Source: Centroscyllium fabricii (taxonomy: Eukaryota). From it: a DNA stretch of 64,000 bases. Where the stretch lies: positions 78,926,001-78,990,000 of the forward strand of contig JBNRSN020000014.1 in the NCBI GenBank assembly GCA_051313645.2, given 5' to 3'. A model generated the notes under the pieces. The model saw only the letters and a program-made list of their open reading frames with translations. It did no database searches and was not told the DNA's origin. The translations under genes were made by a program, and so were the position numbers. The first letter of the stretch is position 1, and each line of letters begins with the position of its first letter. Below are positions 49,247 through 61,169 of the stretch, piece after piece.

Positions 49247-50406
49247 TTACTCCCTCTCAGTGTAAAAGAAAATTCATGATGGATACCACGGAGAAATTAC
49301 ACAACAACAGTATTAACTCCGTATTCAGGTGGCGGTTGCAAACTGTTGAAGTTTCATTTCTGTATGGCTTGAAGTTGATCTAATGCATCCATTATTCTGA
49401 ACAGTATGACATGAGATTAGTGGGGGTACGGTTTATTTTTTTGGTGTAGTGCACTGTAGTGTCTGACTTAGAATCATTGTAATTTCAGCCCAAAGGGAGG
49501 CCATTTGGCCCATTGAACTACTATATTGCACTGTCCTGCTCTTTCTCTGTAACCGTTAATATTTTTTCTCTTTGTGTTTATTTAATTCTTTAAAGGGCAT
49601 GTTTGGCTTTGGTTCAAGAAGCATTCACAGTAATTCATTAGACATTTCCTTTTCAAACTCGTGTCAAAAACTTTGGACATTTCTATTAGATTCTCCCCCC
49701 TCTAAATTCTGTTCTAGTGAATGCATTTCACTATATATTTGCATAGGCATTCTGGATTGCAAGAGTTTTGCATTGGTATGTATTAGTTCTTCTTGCACTG
49801 CTTAACAGTGAGTACAGTGTTGTAAATAAATCATATTTTATAACTTATTTATATTAATCTTCCTGTTGGTGGCAAGCTACAATTAGAAACAAGCGACATA
49901 TATGCCGGTGAAGTCTGTACACACCACTCAAACATTATCGCCAAACAAATTAACTGGCCATTTATCTCATTGCTGTTTGTCGTACCTTTTTCTGTACAAA
50001 TTGGCTGTTGCTATGCTTACCTACATAACTACAGTGACTATATTTCCAAAGTAATTCATTGACTATAAAGTGTTTTGACATGTCCTGATGACATGAAAAG
50101 CACAATATAAATGCAAGTTATTTTCTGCGTCATAATGTCAATCTCCCAAGACTGCTAATACACTAGAAGCAGGAAATCATTCCTGTGTCAACTTCTGTCC
50201 CTTAGACTAACTGTAAAACTGATTTAAGAGTCTGAATGGGATTACGTTTCCACAATCCTAGCTCTTAACAATGGCTCACCGCATCAAGAACCAACTAAAG
50301 GCTTTTTAGAAAACTTAATAGGAGATGGCTAATTAGTGATTATGATCATCAGTTATACCTCGGAATCTATGCTCTTTGTTGATCAACATGTATGTTGTTA
50401 TTTCAG

Positions 50407-50481
50407 AGGCAGCCAGACATTTACTTACCCAAGCAAAGGAAGTTACGAAATAATCGTCCACGTAAGCCACTGGTGGTTCAG
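50407..50481 (+). CDS. CRAMP1: CRAMP1 coding exon 12 (RQPDIYLPKQRKLRNNRPRKPLVVQ)
   Basis: TTTCAG acceptor, CAG|GTAAAA donor, phase 0 to 0. Confidence 0.93.
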
Positions 50482-50764
50482 GTAAAAATTGTTTAAATGT
50501 GTTCGAGAATTAAAGTTTTGAGCCCTTAATGTTCTTTCCACCACAAAATTTGTACGATGAATGTGATAATTTGAATTTTAGATGGGTATTACACTGGAGA
50601 TTTTGCTCAATTTTGTTATCCAAATTGATTTACACAGTGAGTCTAAATGTGTATTAGTTCTGTCCCATTAAATGCAGGTGTATATTTGTATTTCCAGCTG
50701 TTATACAAATAGGCTCGGCCAACAAGTCTGTACTTGAATCACATCAAATGATTTGTGTCACCTT

Positions 50765-51150
50765 GACTCAGCTGGTAGCACTCTTGCATCTAGGCCAGAA
50801 AAGTTGTGTGTTTAACCTTCCAGTGCAGCACTGAGGGAGTGCTGCATTGTTGTATGCACTGACCATCAGATGAGAGGTGTAACTGTTCAGTGGTAAAAGA
50901 ACCCATAGCTCTATTGATAGAAGAGGATTGAGCTCCACTAGTGTCCTGGCCAATGTTTCTCCCTCAGCCAGTGCTACCAAATTACCAGATTATCTGGTCA
51001 TTTATCTCATTGCTATCTGTGGAACATGATTGCAGTAGAATGGCTGCTGCATTAACTTACATGACAACAGTATTTGCACATGACTATTACTTCATTGTAG
51101 TAAGTGCTTTGGGATGTTTTGGTATGATGTGCTATATAAATGCAAATACT
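50765..51150 (+). mobile_element. Decayed Deu-domain SINE
   Basis: A-box-like head remnant, CAGTGCAGCACTGAGGGAGTGCTGCATTG, CAGATTATCTGGTCATTTATCTCATTGCT and a tail GCTATATAAATGCAA. Confidence 0.55.
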
Positions 51151-51897
51151 GTACTCTTTTTTTCTTTTCGAATTAAAAATTAATGGGGTTGAGGTGGAAG
51201 ATTGGAAAAAAAGGCAATTTTCTCTCTCCCTAGTTTACTGCTTTGGACTATGCAGCAGAATTGTTTGAGATGGGCACTAAGAAGTAATGGGATGTTGGTT
51301 CAATGTTCGTTCCAGTGAGTTCCTGTTCTCAACATGTTACAGTGAGGAGATGAAAAGCCGAAGTCACGTGCTGCTTCACAGAGAGGAAGAATCACAGAAC
51401 CTCTTTCTGCCGCTGGCTGGCTTGATCACCTCGGTGGAGACTTGAGGGCAGTTTGCCTGGCCTTTGGCTACAGTAGGCCTGTGAGCCAGGGAGACAAGTT
51501 GAGAGAAAATGGGGAATGGGTTGAATGGAAAAGAAAGGAGGGAAGAATTAGAGGGTAAATGCCATGCAAAGAATTGCATTAGTTTGATTTACATTTAGAT
51601 TTCCATCACATTTTGATATGTTTTACTTTGGAAACATTCAGGAAAGTAAAAATATTAACTGCCATCCCAAAGAATGGGCAAGTTTATGTTGAGTGTTGCC
51701 AAATAGTTGAGTTTATCAACTAACATTTCTAAACTGGATGAGATTACTTTAACTTTTTTGTTGTTCTATGTATAATTTCTTCTCTTAATAAAGAACAAAA
51801 TATAAATTTGGTTAATGAATCACATTCTGTTTAAACTGAAGTTTCTGTTTTGCTTCTTGCTGAATAAAACATTCTTGTTTTTCTAATCTTTTTACAG

Positions 51898-51976
51898 AGA
51901 ACGCTGTTGCCACGACCAACTGGAAATTCCTCTCCGCATGTTTGTTCCTTCTCCATCTTGTCCAATTCTGCCACAG
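51898..51976 (+). CDS. CRAMP1: CRAMP1 coding exon 13 (RTLLPRPTGNSSPHVCSFSILSNSAT)
   Basis: TTTTACAG acceptor, CAG|GTATCT donor, phase 0 to 1. Confidence 0.95.
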
Positions 51977-52009
51977 GTATCTACAATCACCCAAACAGTT
52001 CAGCAGAAT

Positions 52010-52800
52010 AATATAAACAGAAATGCTGGAAACACTCAACAGATCAGGCAGCATCTGTGGAGAGAAACCGTTAATGTTTCAGGTCAATGACCTTTCATCA
52101 GAACTGGAAAAAGTTAGAGTTGTACAGGTTGAACACCATTAATCCGGCAGGGTCGGGACCAGCACCCTACCGGATTCTTGAAAACGCCAACTGATTGAAG
52201 CCACGGTGAGCGCATGCGCAGATCATTCAAAATGGCCGCCGGAACTTTTGAATGGTCAGCGCATGCGCTCGCCATTCGGCCGCACATGCACAGATCATTC
52301 GGCGAAGCATCAATCACGGCGGCCATTTTGCGCATGTGCAGGGCTGTCAGCGCAATTTATGCCGGATGACTGAAGCTGCCGGCTTAACGGTTACTGGATT
52401 AACGGTCTTCAACCTGTAACAGGTTTTAAGCAGGTACGGGGCAGGGAAAGGAGGGAGGGAGGGAGGGCAGGAAAGAACAAAAGGGAAGGTCGGTGATGGG
52501 GTAGAAGGCAGGAGAGATTAAAAGGGACGGTCGGTGATAGGGTAGAAGGCAGGAGAGATTAAAAGGGACGGTCGGTGATAGGGTAGAAGGCAGGAGAGAT
52601 TAATGACAAAAGAGATGAAGGTGCAAGATAGTGGGACAAGTAAAGAAACTGATCAGACACGAGAAGGGACACTGAAAGCAATGAAGGTGAACAAGGTAAA
52701 AGAGACAAATGGAAATCCTGTCCGAGAGAAGAGCAGAACTTCTTCAAGGTGGGCATTCCTGCAAGAGAAATGGCAGTGAATTAAACACTAATACAAAAAT
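52010..52800 (-). mobile_element. Penelope-type terminal fragments carrying a hammerhead-like motif, with nested MITE A6
   Basis: The tail is the reverse complement of 27110-27212, and 52716-52785 matches 25311-25372. Confidence 0.7.
52125..52416 (-). mobile_element. MITE family A, copy A6 (short)
   Basis: TA|CAGGTTGAACACC ... GGTCTTCAACCTG|TA. Confidence 0.85.
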
Positions 52801-53179
52801 AAGCAGAATAATATGCCATTTTTGGGCTTGCCTTGCATATTAAATTTAAAACTGAAGGTTGTTTTCAAGCAGCTGAATCAAAGGATCTTTCCCTGATAGT
52901 TTATTTTGGGGTATGATTCCAGGGATGCCAACAGCCCTCTGTTCACAGCCCAAGTGCCCATTCGATATGAGTGAGCCTGGAAAGTGAAGTTGATGTATTA
53001 TCTGGCCATGGCAGTCACACCAACCAAATCTGATGATGTCTGACCCTGAAGCCCTTAAATGTGCACTTCCATCAGTGATTGCTGGATAATGGTCAGCAGT
53101 GTGAGCTCTGACCAACTTTTGTTCCCTTCCAATCTAGGGGCAGTAAGGACAAATACAGTGCTCTATTGACCCCAGTATA

Positions 53180-53518
53180 CAGGAAACTCTGTCATCCGGG
53201 ACCGGGGTGTTGCCAGTTTATCAAAATTTCCGGATAACAGAGAGGGTTATCTACCGAGGCTATTTTTAACAAAGAAAAATTTAAAAAATCAAGAAATGTG
53301 CAGTATACAGTAATTGGGTACTCACCTACAAAATGTTGTGTTAAATCGATGTGGATTGTGGCAGTTTGGAGAACTACCCCCACTGATTAACTCGGCCACC
53401 ACAGGAGACTCGGACTCAGCAACATTGCTGGTTATTGAGGTGTTGTTTTCGGATGAGAATTTTGCCGGTTAGTAGAGAATTCCGGATATTTAGGTGCCGG
53501 ATAAACGAGAGTTTCCCG
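53180..53518. mobile_element. Tc1/mariner (Tigger-like) MITE family B, copy 1
   Basis: TA|CAGGAAACTCT ... AGAGTTTCCCG|TA with subterminal CCGG repeats. Confidence 0.82.
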
Positions 53519-53549
53519 TACCTAGCTATACCTCTCTACCAACATGTCT

Positions 53550-54445
53550 AGACCCCTCCATTGTTTCTGTTGGATAAGCCGCACTTTCCTTCAGTTAAAC
53601 CTTGGGAGGGGCAACCCCATTGTTTTGGACCTCCGCCAGAAATCTGTACTTTTGCCATCGATTCCATCCTCTTCCCCGGCCACTGTCTCAGGCTGAATCG
53701 GTCTGGTTGCAAACTCGGTGTCCGACTCGACCCCAAGTTGTGTGTCTAAGACTGCCTCCTTCCAACTAGAATCATACAATAGTACAGCACAGAATAGGCT
53801 ATTCGACCCATCGAGTCTACGCTGGCAATGTAACATTGTCTGCCCCTGCCCCTGCTTCAGCCTATCTGCTGCTGAACCTCTCATCCATGCCTTTGTCACC
53901 TTCAGCCTCAACTATTCCATTGCTACCCTGCCCGGCATCTCCTCCTTCACCCTCCATAAACATCAGCTCATCCAAAATCCTCTGTATCTCATTGCACACC
54001 AAGTTACGCTTGCCCATCACCCTATCTTTTCCAACAGTTCCCAGTCCCCAATGCCTCAAATTTTAAATTCTCATCATCATGTTTAAATCCCTTCATTGCC
54101 TCACCCCTTCCCATCGCTGTAACCTGTTCCAGCCCCTACAATACTCCGCAACCCCAGAACTCTCCATTCCTCCGACTCTAGCCTTGTGCGTCCACCTCTC
54201 CCTTCGCCCTACTATTGGTGGCTGTGCCTAGGCCAAAAACTCTGGAATTCCCTCCCTAAACCTCTCCTCTCCTACCCCCCTCTTTCCTTTAAGAACCTGC
54301 TTAAAATCCATTTCTTTGATAAAGCTTTTGGTTACCTGCTCCTGATCTCCTTCGGTTTAGCATCAATTTTCTTTCCTATGTCTCTGAAGCTCCATGAGAC
54401 ACTTTTCCCACATTAAAAGCATTATATAAATGCAAGTTGTAGCTG
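53550..54445 (+). mobile_element. Decayed L2-type LINE 3' fragment
   Basis: LSAAEPLIHAFVT...YSIA and LWNSLPKPL remnants, tail TATATAAATGCAAGTTGT. Reverse-similar to 13066-14070. Confidence 0.75.
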
Positions 54446-54694
54446 TTGATAAGTGCAAAACCCTCCACTGATGATATTTGGCAGTGTGACATAGGCATCC
54501 AGCTACTGTGCACAATTAATGAGTTTTTGATGTGCCATTTCAAAGATTTAGCAATCTTTTGTCTCAGCTAAATTGTACAGCATTAAATATTATTGTAGTC
54601 TGTATTGACCAGGAACCGGATACAGCCGTTTCCCATATATATAACACATTCACGCATTGCTAGTCATCTGATAATGTGAACGTAGCATGAATGC

Positions 54695-54998
54695 CCCCGG
54701 CCCCGCTTCCCTCCCCAACTCCCTCTCTCTCTCCGACTCCCTCCTACACTCTCTCCCCCTCTCTCTCTCCCAGCTCCCTCCCTCTCTCTATCTCGACTCC
54801 CTCCCACACACTTTCCCCTGCTCCCTCTCTCCCCCCACACACTCTCTCCCCCACACTCTCTGATCCCCTCTCCCCCGCTCCCTCTCTCCCCCGCTCCCTC
54901 TCTCCCCCACGCACACACTCTCTTCCCCTCGCGCACTCTCTCTCCCGCTCGCCCCCGCGCTCTCTCCCCCTCGCCCCAGCCCACGCCCTCCCCCTTGC
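54695..54998. repeat. Pyrimidine-rich (CT/CA) low-complexity tract
   Basis: Directly visible degenerate CTCTCCCC repeats at the 5' junction of a LINE. Confidence 0.85.
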
Positions 54999-54999
54999 T

Positions 55000-56215
55000 C
55001 CAGCCTTGGTCCAAACATGGACAAAAGCACTGAATTCCAGAGGTGAGGTGAGAGTGACTGTCCTTCATATCAAGGCAGCATTTGACCGAGTGTGGCATCT
55101 TAGGAGCCCTAGTAAAATTTAAGTCAATGGGAATCAGGGGGGAAAAATTCCATTGGCTGGAGTCATACCTAGCAGTAAAGGAAGATAGCTGTGGTTGTTG
55201 TAGGCCAACCTTCTCAGCCCCAGGACATCGCTGCAGGAGTTCCTCAGGGCAATGTCCTAGATCCAACCATCTTCATCTTCTTCCTCAATGACCTTCCCTT
55301 CACCATAAGGTCAGAAGTGAGGATGTTCGCTGATGCTTAAACAGTGTTCAGTTCCATTCACAACTCCTCAGATAATGAAGCAGTCTGTGCACGAATGCAG
55401 CAGTACCTGGACAACATTCAGGCTTAGGCTGATAAGTGGCAAGTAACATTTGCACCACACAAGTGCCAGGCAATGACTATCTCCCAAGAGAGTGTCTAAC
55501 CACTGCCCCTTATCATTCAATGACATTACCATCGCCAAATCCCACACCATCAACATCCTGGGGGTCACCATTGACCAAAAACTTAACTGGACCAGCTACA
55601 CAAATATTGTGGCTACAAGAGCAGGTCAGAGGCTGGGCATTCTGTGACAAGTGTCTCGCCTCCTGACTCTCCAAAGCCTTTCCACCATCTACAAGGCACA
55701 AGTCAGGAGTGTAATAGAATATTCGCCACTTGCCTGGATGAGTGCAGCTCCAACAACACTCAAGAAACTCAACACCATCCAAGACAAAGCAGCCCGCTTG
55801 ATTGGCACCTTATTCACCACCATAAACATTCACTCCCTCCACCACCGGCGCGCAGTGGCTGCAGTGCGTACCATCTACAAGATGCACTGCAGCAACTCGC
55901 CAAAGCTCCTTCAACAGCACCTTCCAAACCTGTGACTTCTACCGTCTAGAAGGGCAAGGGCAGCAGGTGCATGGGAACACTGTCATCTCGAAGTCACACA
56001 CCATCCCGACTTGGAAATATATTGCTGTTCCTTCATCGTCGCTGGGTCAAAATCCTGGAACTTCCTCCCTAACAGCACTGTGGGAGTACCTTCACCACCC
56101 GGACTGCAGCAGTTCAAGAAGGCGGCTCACCACCACCTTCTCAAGGGCAATTAGGGATGGACAATAGATGCTGACCTTGCCAGTGCTGCCCACATTCCAG
56201 GAACAAACATAAAAG
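55000..56215 (+). mobile_element. CR1-superfamily LINE 3' fragment
   Basis: IKAAFDRVWH and TIYKAQVRSVIEYSPLAW...IQDKAARLI. Same family as 16490-17600. Confidence 0.88.
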
Positions 56216-56409
56216 AGTTACAGATGCCCTTGCAGGAGACTACCTGGAATCATCTGCACCCGTCGGTGGGAATGGCCCTTGTATCTTTATAATCGTCCTC
56301 AAATATTTACCAAAATATAGCAATGTTCAGTGGTGAATTACAAAGAGGAAGATGGTTTAAGAGCTCCACTTCTATGGTATCACTGAAGGCTCAAACTCCT
56401 TTTATTAAT

Positions 56410-56760
56410 GATGTGGAGGTGCCGGTGTTGGACTGGGGTGGACAATTGTAAGAAGTCACACAACACCAGGTTATAGTCCAACAGTTTTATTTGAAATCAC
56501 AAGCTTTCGGAGCGCTGCTCCTTCGTCAGGTGAAGTGAAGAGATGCACATAGGCACAGCATATATAGTCAGAAAACAATGCTAGACGATTACAGGTAATT
56601 TTTCTAACTGCCCTTTATCACACCTCGGCAGAGAGATAATCACCGCAATCAAAGGTGTAAATGGTGTCCAAACAGGTCAGTCAGCAAAACATTCCATCAA
56701 AGAACAATGAGGTGGGGTCACAAGAGGTCAAATGTTGCACAGGCTGTATGAAAAACAAAA
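56410..56760 (-). mobile_element. Penelope-type terminal repeat fragment (second family)
   Basis: The minus strand reads hammerhead motif, AATAAA, then CTGTTGGACTATAACCTGGTGTTGTGTGA...CCCCAGTCCAACACCGGCACCTCCACATCA, a tail I recall from vertebrate Penelope elements. Confidence 0.75.
56497..56533 (-). ncRNA. Minimal type I hammerhead ribozyme motif
   Basis: Minus strand: TCAC-CTGACGA-A-GGAGC-AGC-GCTCC-GAAA-GCTT-GTGA. Intact core, stems I and II, palindromic stem III. Confidence 0.78.
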
Positions 56761-57107
56761 AATAAAAAGCAATAAAAAATTAAATGAAAAAAAAAATGTT
56801 TTGCTGGAAATCACAGCAGGTCCAGCCGCATCTGTGCAGAGAGACCAAGCCAACGACGACTCGAGTCTGGATGACTTAGTCCTCTATTACGCAAACGTGT
56901 TTGCGCTATTTTACTAGACCAGTTTATTTGTGGCAGTATGGAAAGGAGCTAATTGTGTTGAATGCCAACTAAACTTCAATGTGATGCACTGTTTTAATCA
57001 GTGGTGCTCTTCCATGTAGTAATGTAGTTACTGTCCATTAAAAGTAAAACTACTGCCCCCCTCCGTCTATGACTCTGTTATGAACTGTGTGCTTTTGTGT
57101 ATTTTAG

Positions 57108-57209
57108 GCACAGGTTCGTTCCGTCCTCTTCAGTCTTCTCTTTCCAAAGCATCTTTGGCTCGTCCAATTGTTCCAAAAGCCATTCCGGCATCTACCAGCC
57201 AGCTCTCCA
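57108..57209 (+). CDS. CRAMP1: CRAMP1 coding exon 14 (GTGSFRPLQSSLSKASLARPIVPKAIPASTSQLS)
   Basis: ATTTTAG acceptor, A|GTAAGT donor, phase 1 to 1. Confidence 0.95.
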
Positions 57210-58544
57210 GTAAGTTGCAAAGGTTTAAAAAAATCTACTTTTTAAAGAACTCTTAATGCATTTTATTAAATTTCATGTTTTTTTCACATTTTTTGGTTTT
57301 CCAGTTTTCTTCCTTTTTGGTTCTGTTGTATAACACATGATTTGTAGACTTGAGACGAGCTGGAGACAATCTTTCTTTATTGAGAAGACGAAGTGAACAG
57401 CCAATAAACTCATCTAGGTCCTTGATCACCTGTTGCTGCTAAATTTTCAAAGTTATGCCAGGGCTATAATGATTTAAGAAGATCATGCACCTTTACATGT
57501 TATCAGCTCAGTAATTTACAGAACATAACGTGCAGATGCTTTATGGTAAAAATTTAAAAATCTTTAGTGCTGAAAGATTTAATATTATCCCTCTGGGTTT
57601 TGTGATAGAAAACAGCAATTCTGTTTTTGCTTTGCTAGCCATTACACTCTGACGGCTCTGTTATATGCCCAGCTATCAGTTGTAACACTACCTTGGTCGG
57701 GGGGAAAATGCTAGAGTCCATTATAAAAGATGTAATAACAGAGCACTTGGAAAACAGTGACAGGATCAGACAAAGTCAGCATGGATTTACAAAAGGTAAA
57801 TCGTGCTTGACTAATCTACTGGAATTTTTTGAGGATGTAACTGGTAGAATAGATAAGGGAAAACCAGTGGATGTGGTGTATTTGGACTTTCAGAAGGCTT
57901 TCAATATGGTCCCGCATAAGAGATTAGCGTGTAAAGTTGAAGCACGTGGGATTGGGGGGGGGGTAAGGTACTGACTTGGATAGAGAACTGGTTGGCACAC
58001 AGGAAGCAAAGAGTTGGAATAAACGGGTCTTTTTCTGAGTGGCAGGCAGTGACTAGTGGGGTACCGCAGGGATCACCAGGAGATTCACCAGGATGTTACC
58101 TGGGCTGCAGTGCTTCAGCTATGAAGAGAGACTGGACAGGCTGGGGTTATTTTCCTTAGAGCAGAGAAGGCTGAGGGGGGGCCTCATTGACGTGTACAAA
58201 ATTATGAGGGGCATAGATAGGGTAGATAGAAAGGAACATTTCCTCTGAGTAGAGGGGTCAATAACCAGGGGGCACAGTTTCAAGGTAAGGGGCAGGAGAT
58301 TTAGAGGGGATTTGAGGAAAGACCTTTCACCCAGAGGGTGGTTGGAATCTGGCACTCACTGCCTGAAAGGGTGGTAGAGGCTGGAACCCTCAACATTCAA
58401 GAAGCATTTAGATGAGCACTTGAAACACCATAGCATACAAGGCTATGGACCAAGTGCTGGAAAATGGGATTAGAATAGACAGGGCTTGATGGCGAGCGCG
58501 GACATGATGGGCCTAAGATCCTCTTTCTGTCCTGTGTAACACTA

Positions 58545-59700
58545 TGGAGGGGATTTTTGCGCGTCCGTGAGGGAAGCTTTCCGGCGGGGCGGGGCCTAAA
58601 ATCGCAGAACCGGGGGGGAGGGGGGTCCTCTCGCCCCCCCCCCCCCGATTACGCCAGTTTGTAAGCTTCGGGCGGCGTGTCCCGCCGTCCCGAATCTTTC
58701 CTGCCGGCCGCCAGCGGTGATGCTCGTTGAGGTAATTGAGGGCCCTTAATTGAACTGGATAATCCCATTTTAAGGGCCCTCACCTATTTTACACCCCTTC
58801 CCACCCAAACCCTGCCATCCTGAAACCCCGCTGGTGAAACCCAGCGGGAGCACAGTGGCCTTGGTCAATTTCACCTTCAAGGCATTGAAGGACCTAGAGC
58901 AGAATGCTTTCCAGGCCTTCAACACCCTAGAGGTGTAAGTGACTCCCTTTTCTGAGGGCCATCTGTGAAGAAAAAACGTAAAAACCTTACCTTGACAGAT
59001 AGATTGAGAGACGGTCCCTAACTGTCAAAGATTTCCAGCAGGACCGTCCACCTGTCACTCAAACCACTTGGGCTTAGCGATTGGTTGCTTCCATGGCAAC
59101 TGTCAACAGACAGTCCATATAACTGTCTGTCAGAGTCCTCGCTCCCAGGCGCCTTGATTGCCGACTCGAGTGGCTCCCCGCACACGGGGATTTAATTGAT
59201 CAATTTATGGAAAATTGCGTCGGGTTTCCAGGCCCTTGGGTGGGCGGGACAGAAACCCGACCAACCCCGCCAGGTTCCCGCAACTTTGGGGAAATCCCCC
59301 CCATGTGACTCTCTGACCCCAGCTGTTCACAAAAGTTAGCCTCGGAGGCTTGCCGCGGGTGCAAGCCACCGAAGTGCACTTACCCTTTTTGAATTTAACT
59401 CCCCTAAAATCCCGATTCCAAGTACTGCTCCAGGCCCCACGCGCCGTCGCAGCTAGTGGGGAAGCTCCGCGTGGTCCGCGGGGAGCCAATCACTGAAAAG
59501 AATCCTCCATTCATAACTTTGACAGAGATCTGTCAAAGTTATGAAATGGAAGAGCCCCAAAAACACAAAATAAATTTTAAAAAACACCACTTCAATATTT
59601 ACCCCGATGAAAAACTCGGGGAAAAAATCGGAAGTGCACTGCACACCACCGCTCCGTACTCGCGCACTGCGTCCCCGGGGCCATTGGAAAATCCAGCCCA
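58545..59700. mobile_element. Composite non-autonomous TIR element related to the elements at 29674 and 35155
   Basis: Imperfect ends TGGAGGGGATTTT / AAAATCCAGCCCA. Shares CGGAGGCTT.CCGCGGGTGCAAGCC with 29697 and reverse similarity with 35170-36000. Confidence 0.55.
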
Positions 59701-59849
59701 ATATATATTAATGACCGAGACGAGGGGACTAGATGTAATATCTCCAAGTTTGCAGACGACCCAAAGCTGGGCGGGCGTGTGTGCTGTGAGGAGGATGCCG
59801 AGAAACTCCAGTATGATTTGGACAGGTTGGGTGATTGGGCAGATGCAGT

Positions 59850-60160
59850 ATCATAGAATCCCTGCAGTGCAGATAGAGGCCATTTCGGCCTATCGAGCCT
59901 GCACCGACACATATCCCACCCTATCCCCGTAACCCCACATATTTAATCCCCCTAACACTAAGGGTCAATTTATCATGGCCAATCAACCTAACCCGCACAT
60001 CTTTGGACTGTGGGAAGAAACCGGAGCACCCCGAGGAAACCCACGCAGACACGGGGAGAATGTGCAAACTCCACACAGATAGTCACCCGAGGCCCGATTT
60101 GAACCCGGATCCCTGGCGTTGTGAGGCAACAGTGCTAACCACTATGCCACCATGCCGCCC
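59850..60160 (-). mobile_element. HE1-type tRNA-derived V-SINE
   Basis: Minus strand has A box TGGCATAGTGG, B box GGTTCAAATC, V-domain TGTGTGGAGTTTGCACATTCTCCCCGTGTCTGCGTGGGTTTCCTC and a CR1-like tail. Short GTAT duplication in the host CR1. Confidence 0.88.
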
Positions 60161-61169
60161 GTATAATGTGGATAAATGCGAGGTTATCACTGGTGGAAAA
60201 ACCAGGAAGGCAGGTTATTATCTGAACGGCAATAGATTGGGAGAAGGGAAAGTGCAACGAGACCTGGGTGTCCTTGTGCACCAGTTGCTGAAGGTAAGCA
60301 TGCAGGTGCAGCAGGCGGTTAAGAAGGCAAATGGTATGTCGGCCTTCATAGCGAGAGGATTCGAGTATAGGAGCAAGGATGTCTTGCTGTAGTTGTACAA
60401 GGCTTTGGTGAGACCACACCTTGAGTGCTGTGTGCAGTTTTGGTCGCCTTATCTGAGGAAGGATGTTCTTGCCATGGAGGGAGTGCAGCGAAGATTCACC
60501 AGACTGATACCTGGGATGGCAGGAATGATATATGAGAAGAGATTGGGTCGATTGGGCTCATATTCGCTGGAGTTTAGAAGAATGAGAGGGGATTTCATTG
60601 AAACTTATAAAATTCTAACAGGACTAGACAGACTAGATGCAGGAAGGATGTTCCCGATGGCCGGGGAGTCCAGAACCAGGGGTCACAGTCTTAAGGATAA
60701 GGGGTAAGCCATTTAGGACTGCGATGAGGAGGAATTTCTTCACCCAGAGAGTGGTGAACCTGTGGAATTCTTTACCACAAAAGGCAGTTGAGGCCAATTC
60801 ATTAAATATATTCAAGAAGGAGTTAGATATATTTCTTAAGGCTAAAGGGATATGGGGAGAAAGCAGGGACAGGGTACTGAATTTGGATGATCCACCATTT
60901 AATGAGATCATGGCTGAGCAGGCTCGAGGGGCCGAATGGCCTACTCCTCCTATCTTCTATGTTTCTATGTCATACACCTCACCGTTATTGTGAAAACCCT
61001 GTTCTTTTTATAACTTCACCGAGCAATTGCTTCTGAGTTTCACAACTCATCTTGTGTTGTGTTGGAGCATATTTTGTGGTGTGACAATCAGATTTCTTTT
61101 CATGTAGCTGATTCATTGTTACTAAATAATTCTGTTGTTGTTTATTTGAATTATTAAAATCTAATGGTA

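Larger units (their letters stand above)
57693..60968 (+). mobile_element. CR1 LINE RT fragment with several nested insertions
   Basis: SQHGFTKGKSCLTNLLEFFE...VDVVYLDFQKAF, SKFADD near 59745, YKALVRPHLECCVQFWSP and RNFFTQRVVNLWNSLP, with a TATGTTTC tail. Confidence 0.9.

Noticed and set aside
51977-51983. Second U12 donor (GTATCTA)
   Set aside because: Departs from GTATCCTT, and no TCCTTAAC-type branch point precedes the acceptor at 57107.
54664-55266. 200-aa Gly/Glu/Arg-rich ORF
   Set aside because: Reverse translation of the CT-rich low-complexity tract plus LINE sequence.
60085-60160. tRNA gene
   Set aside because: The A and B boxes belong to the tRNA-derived head of the V-SINE and run straight into the V-domain with no terminator.
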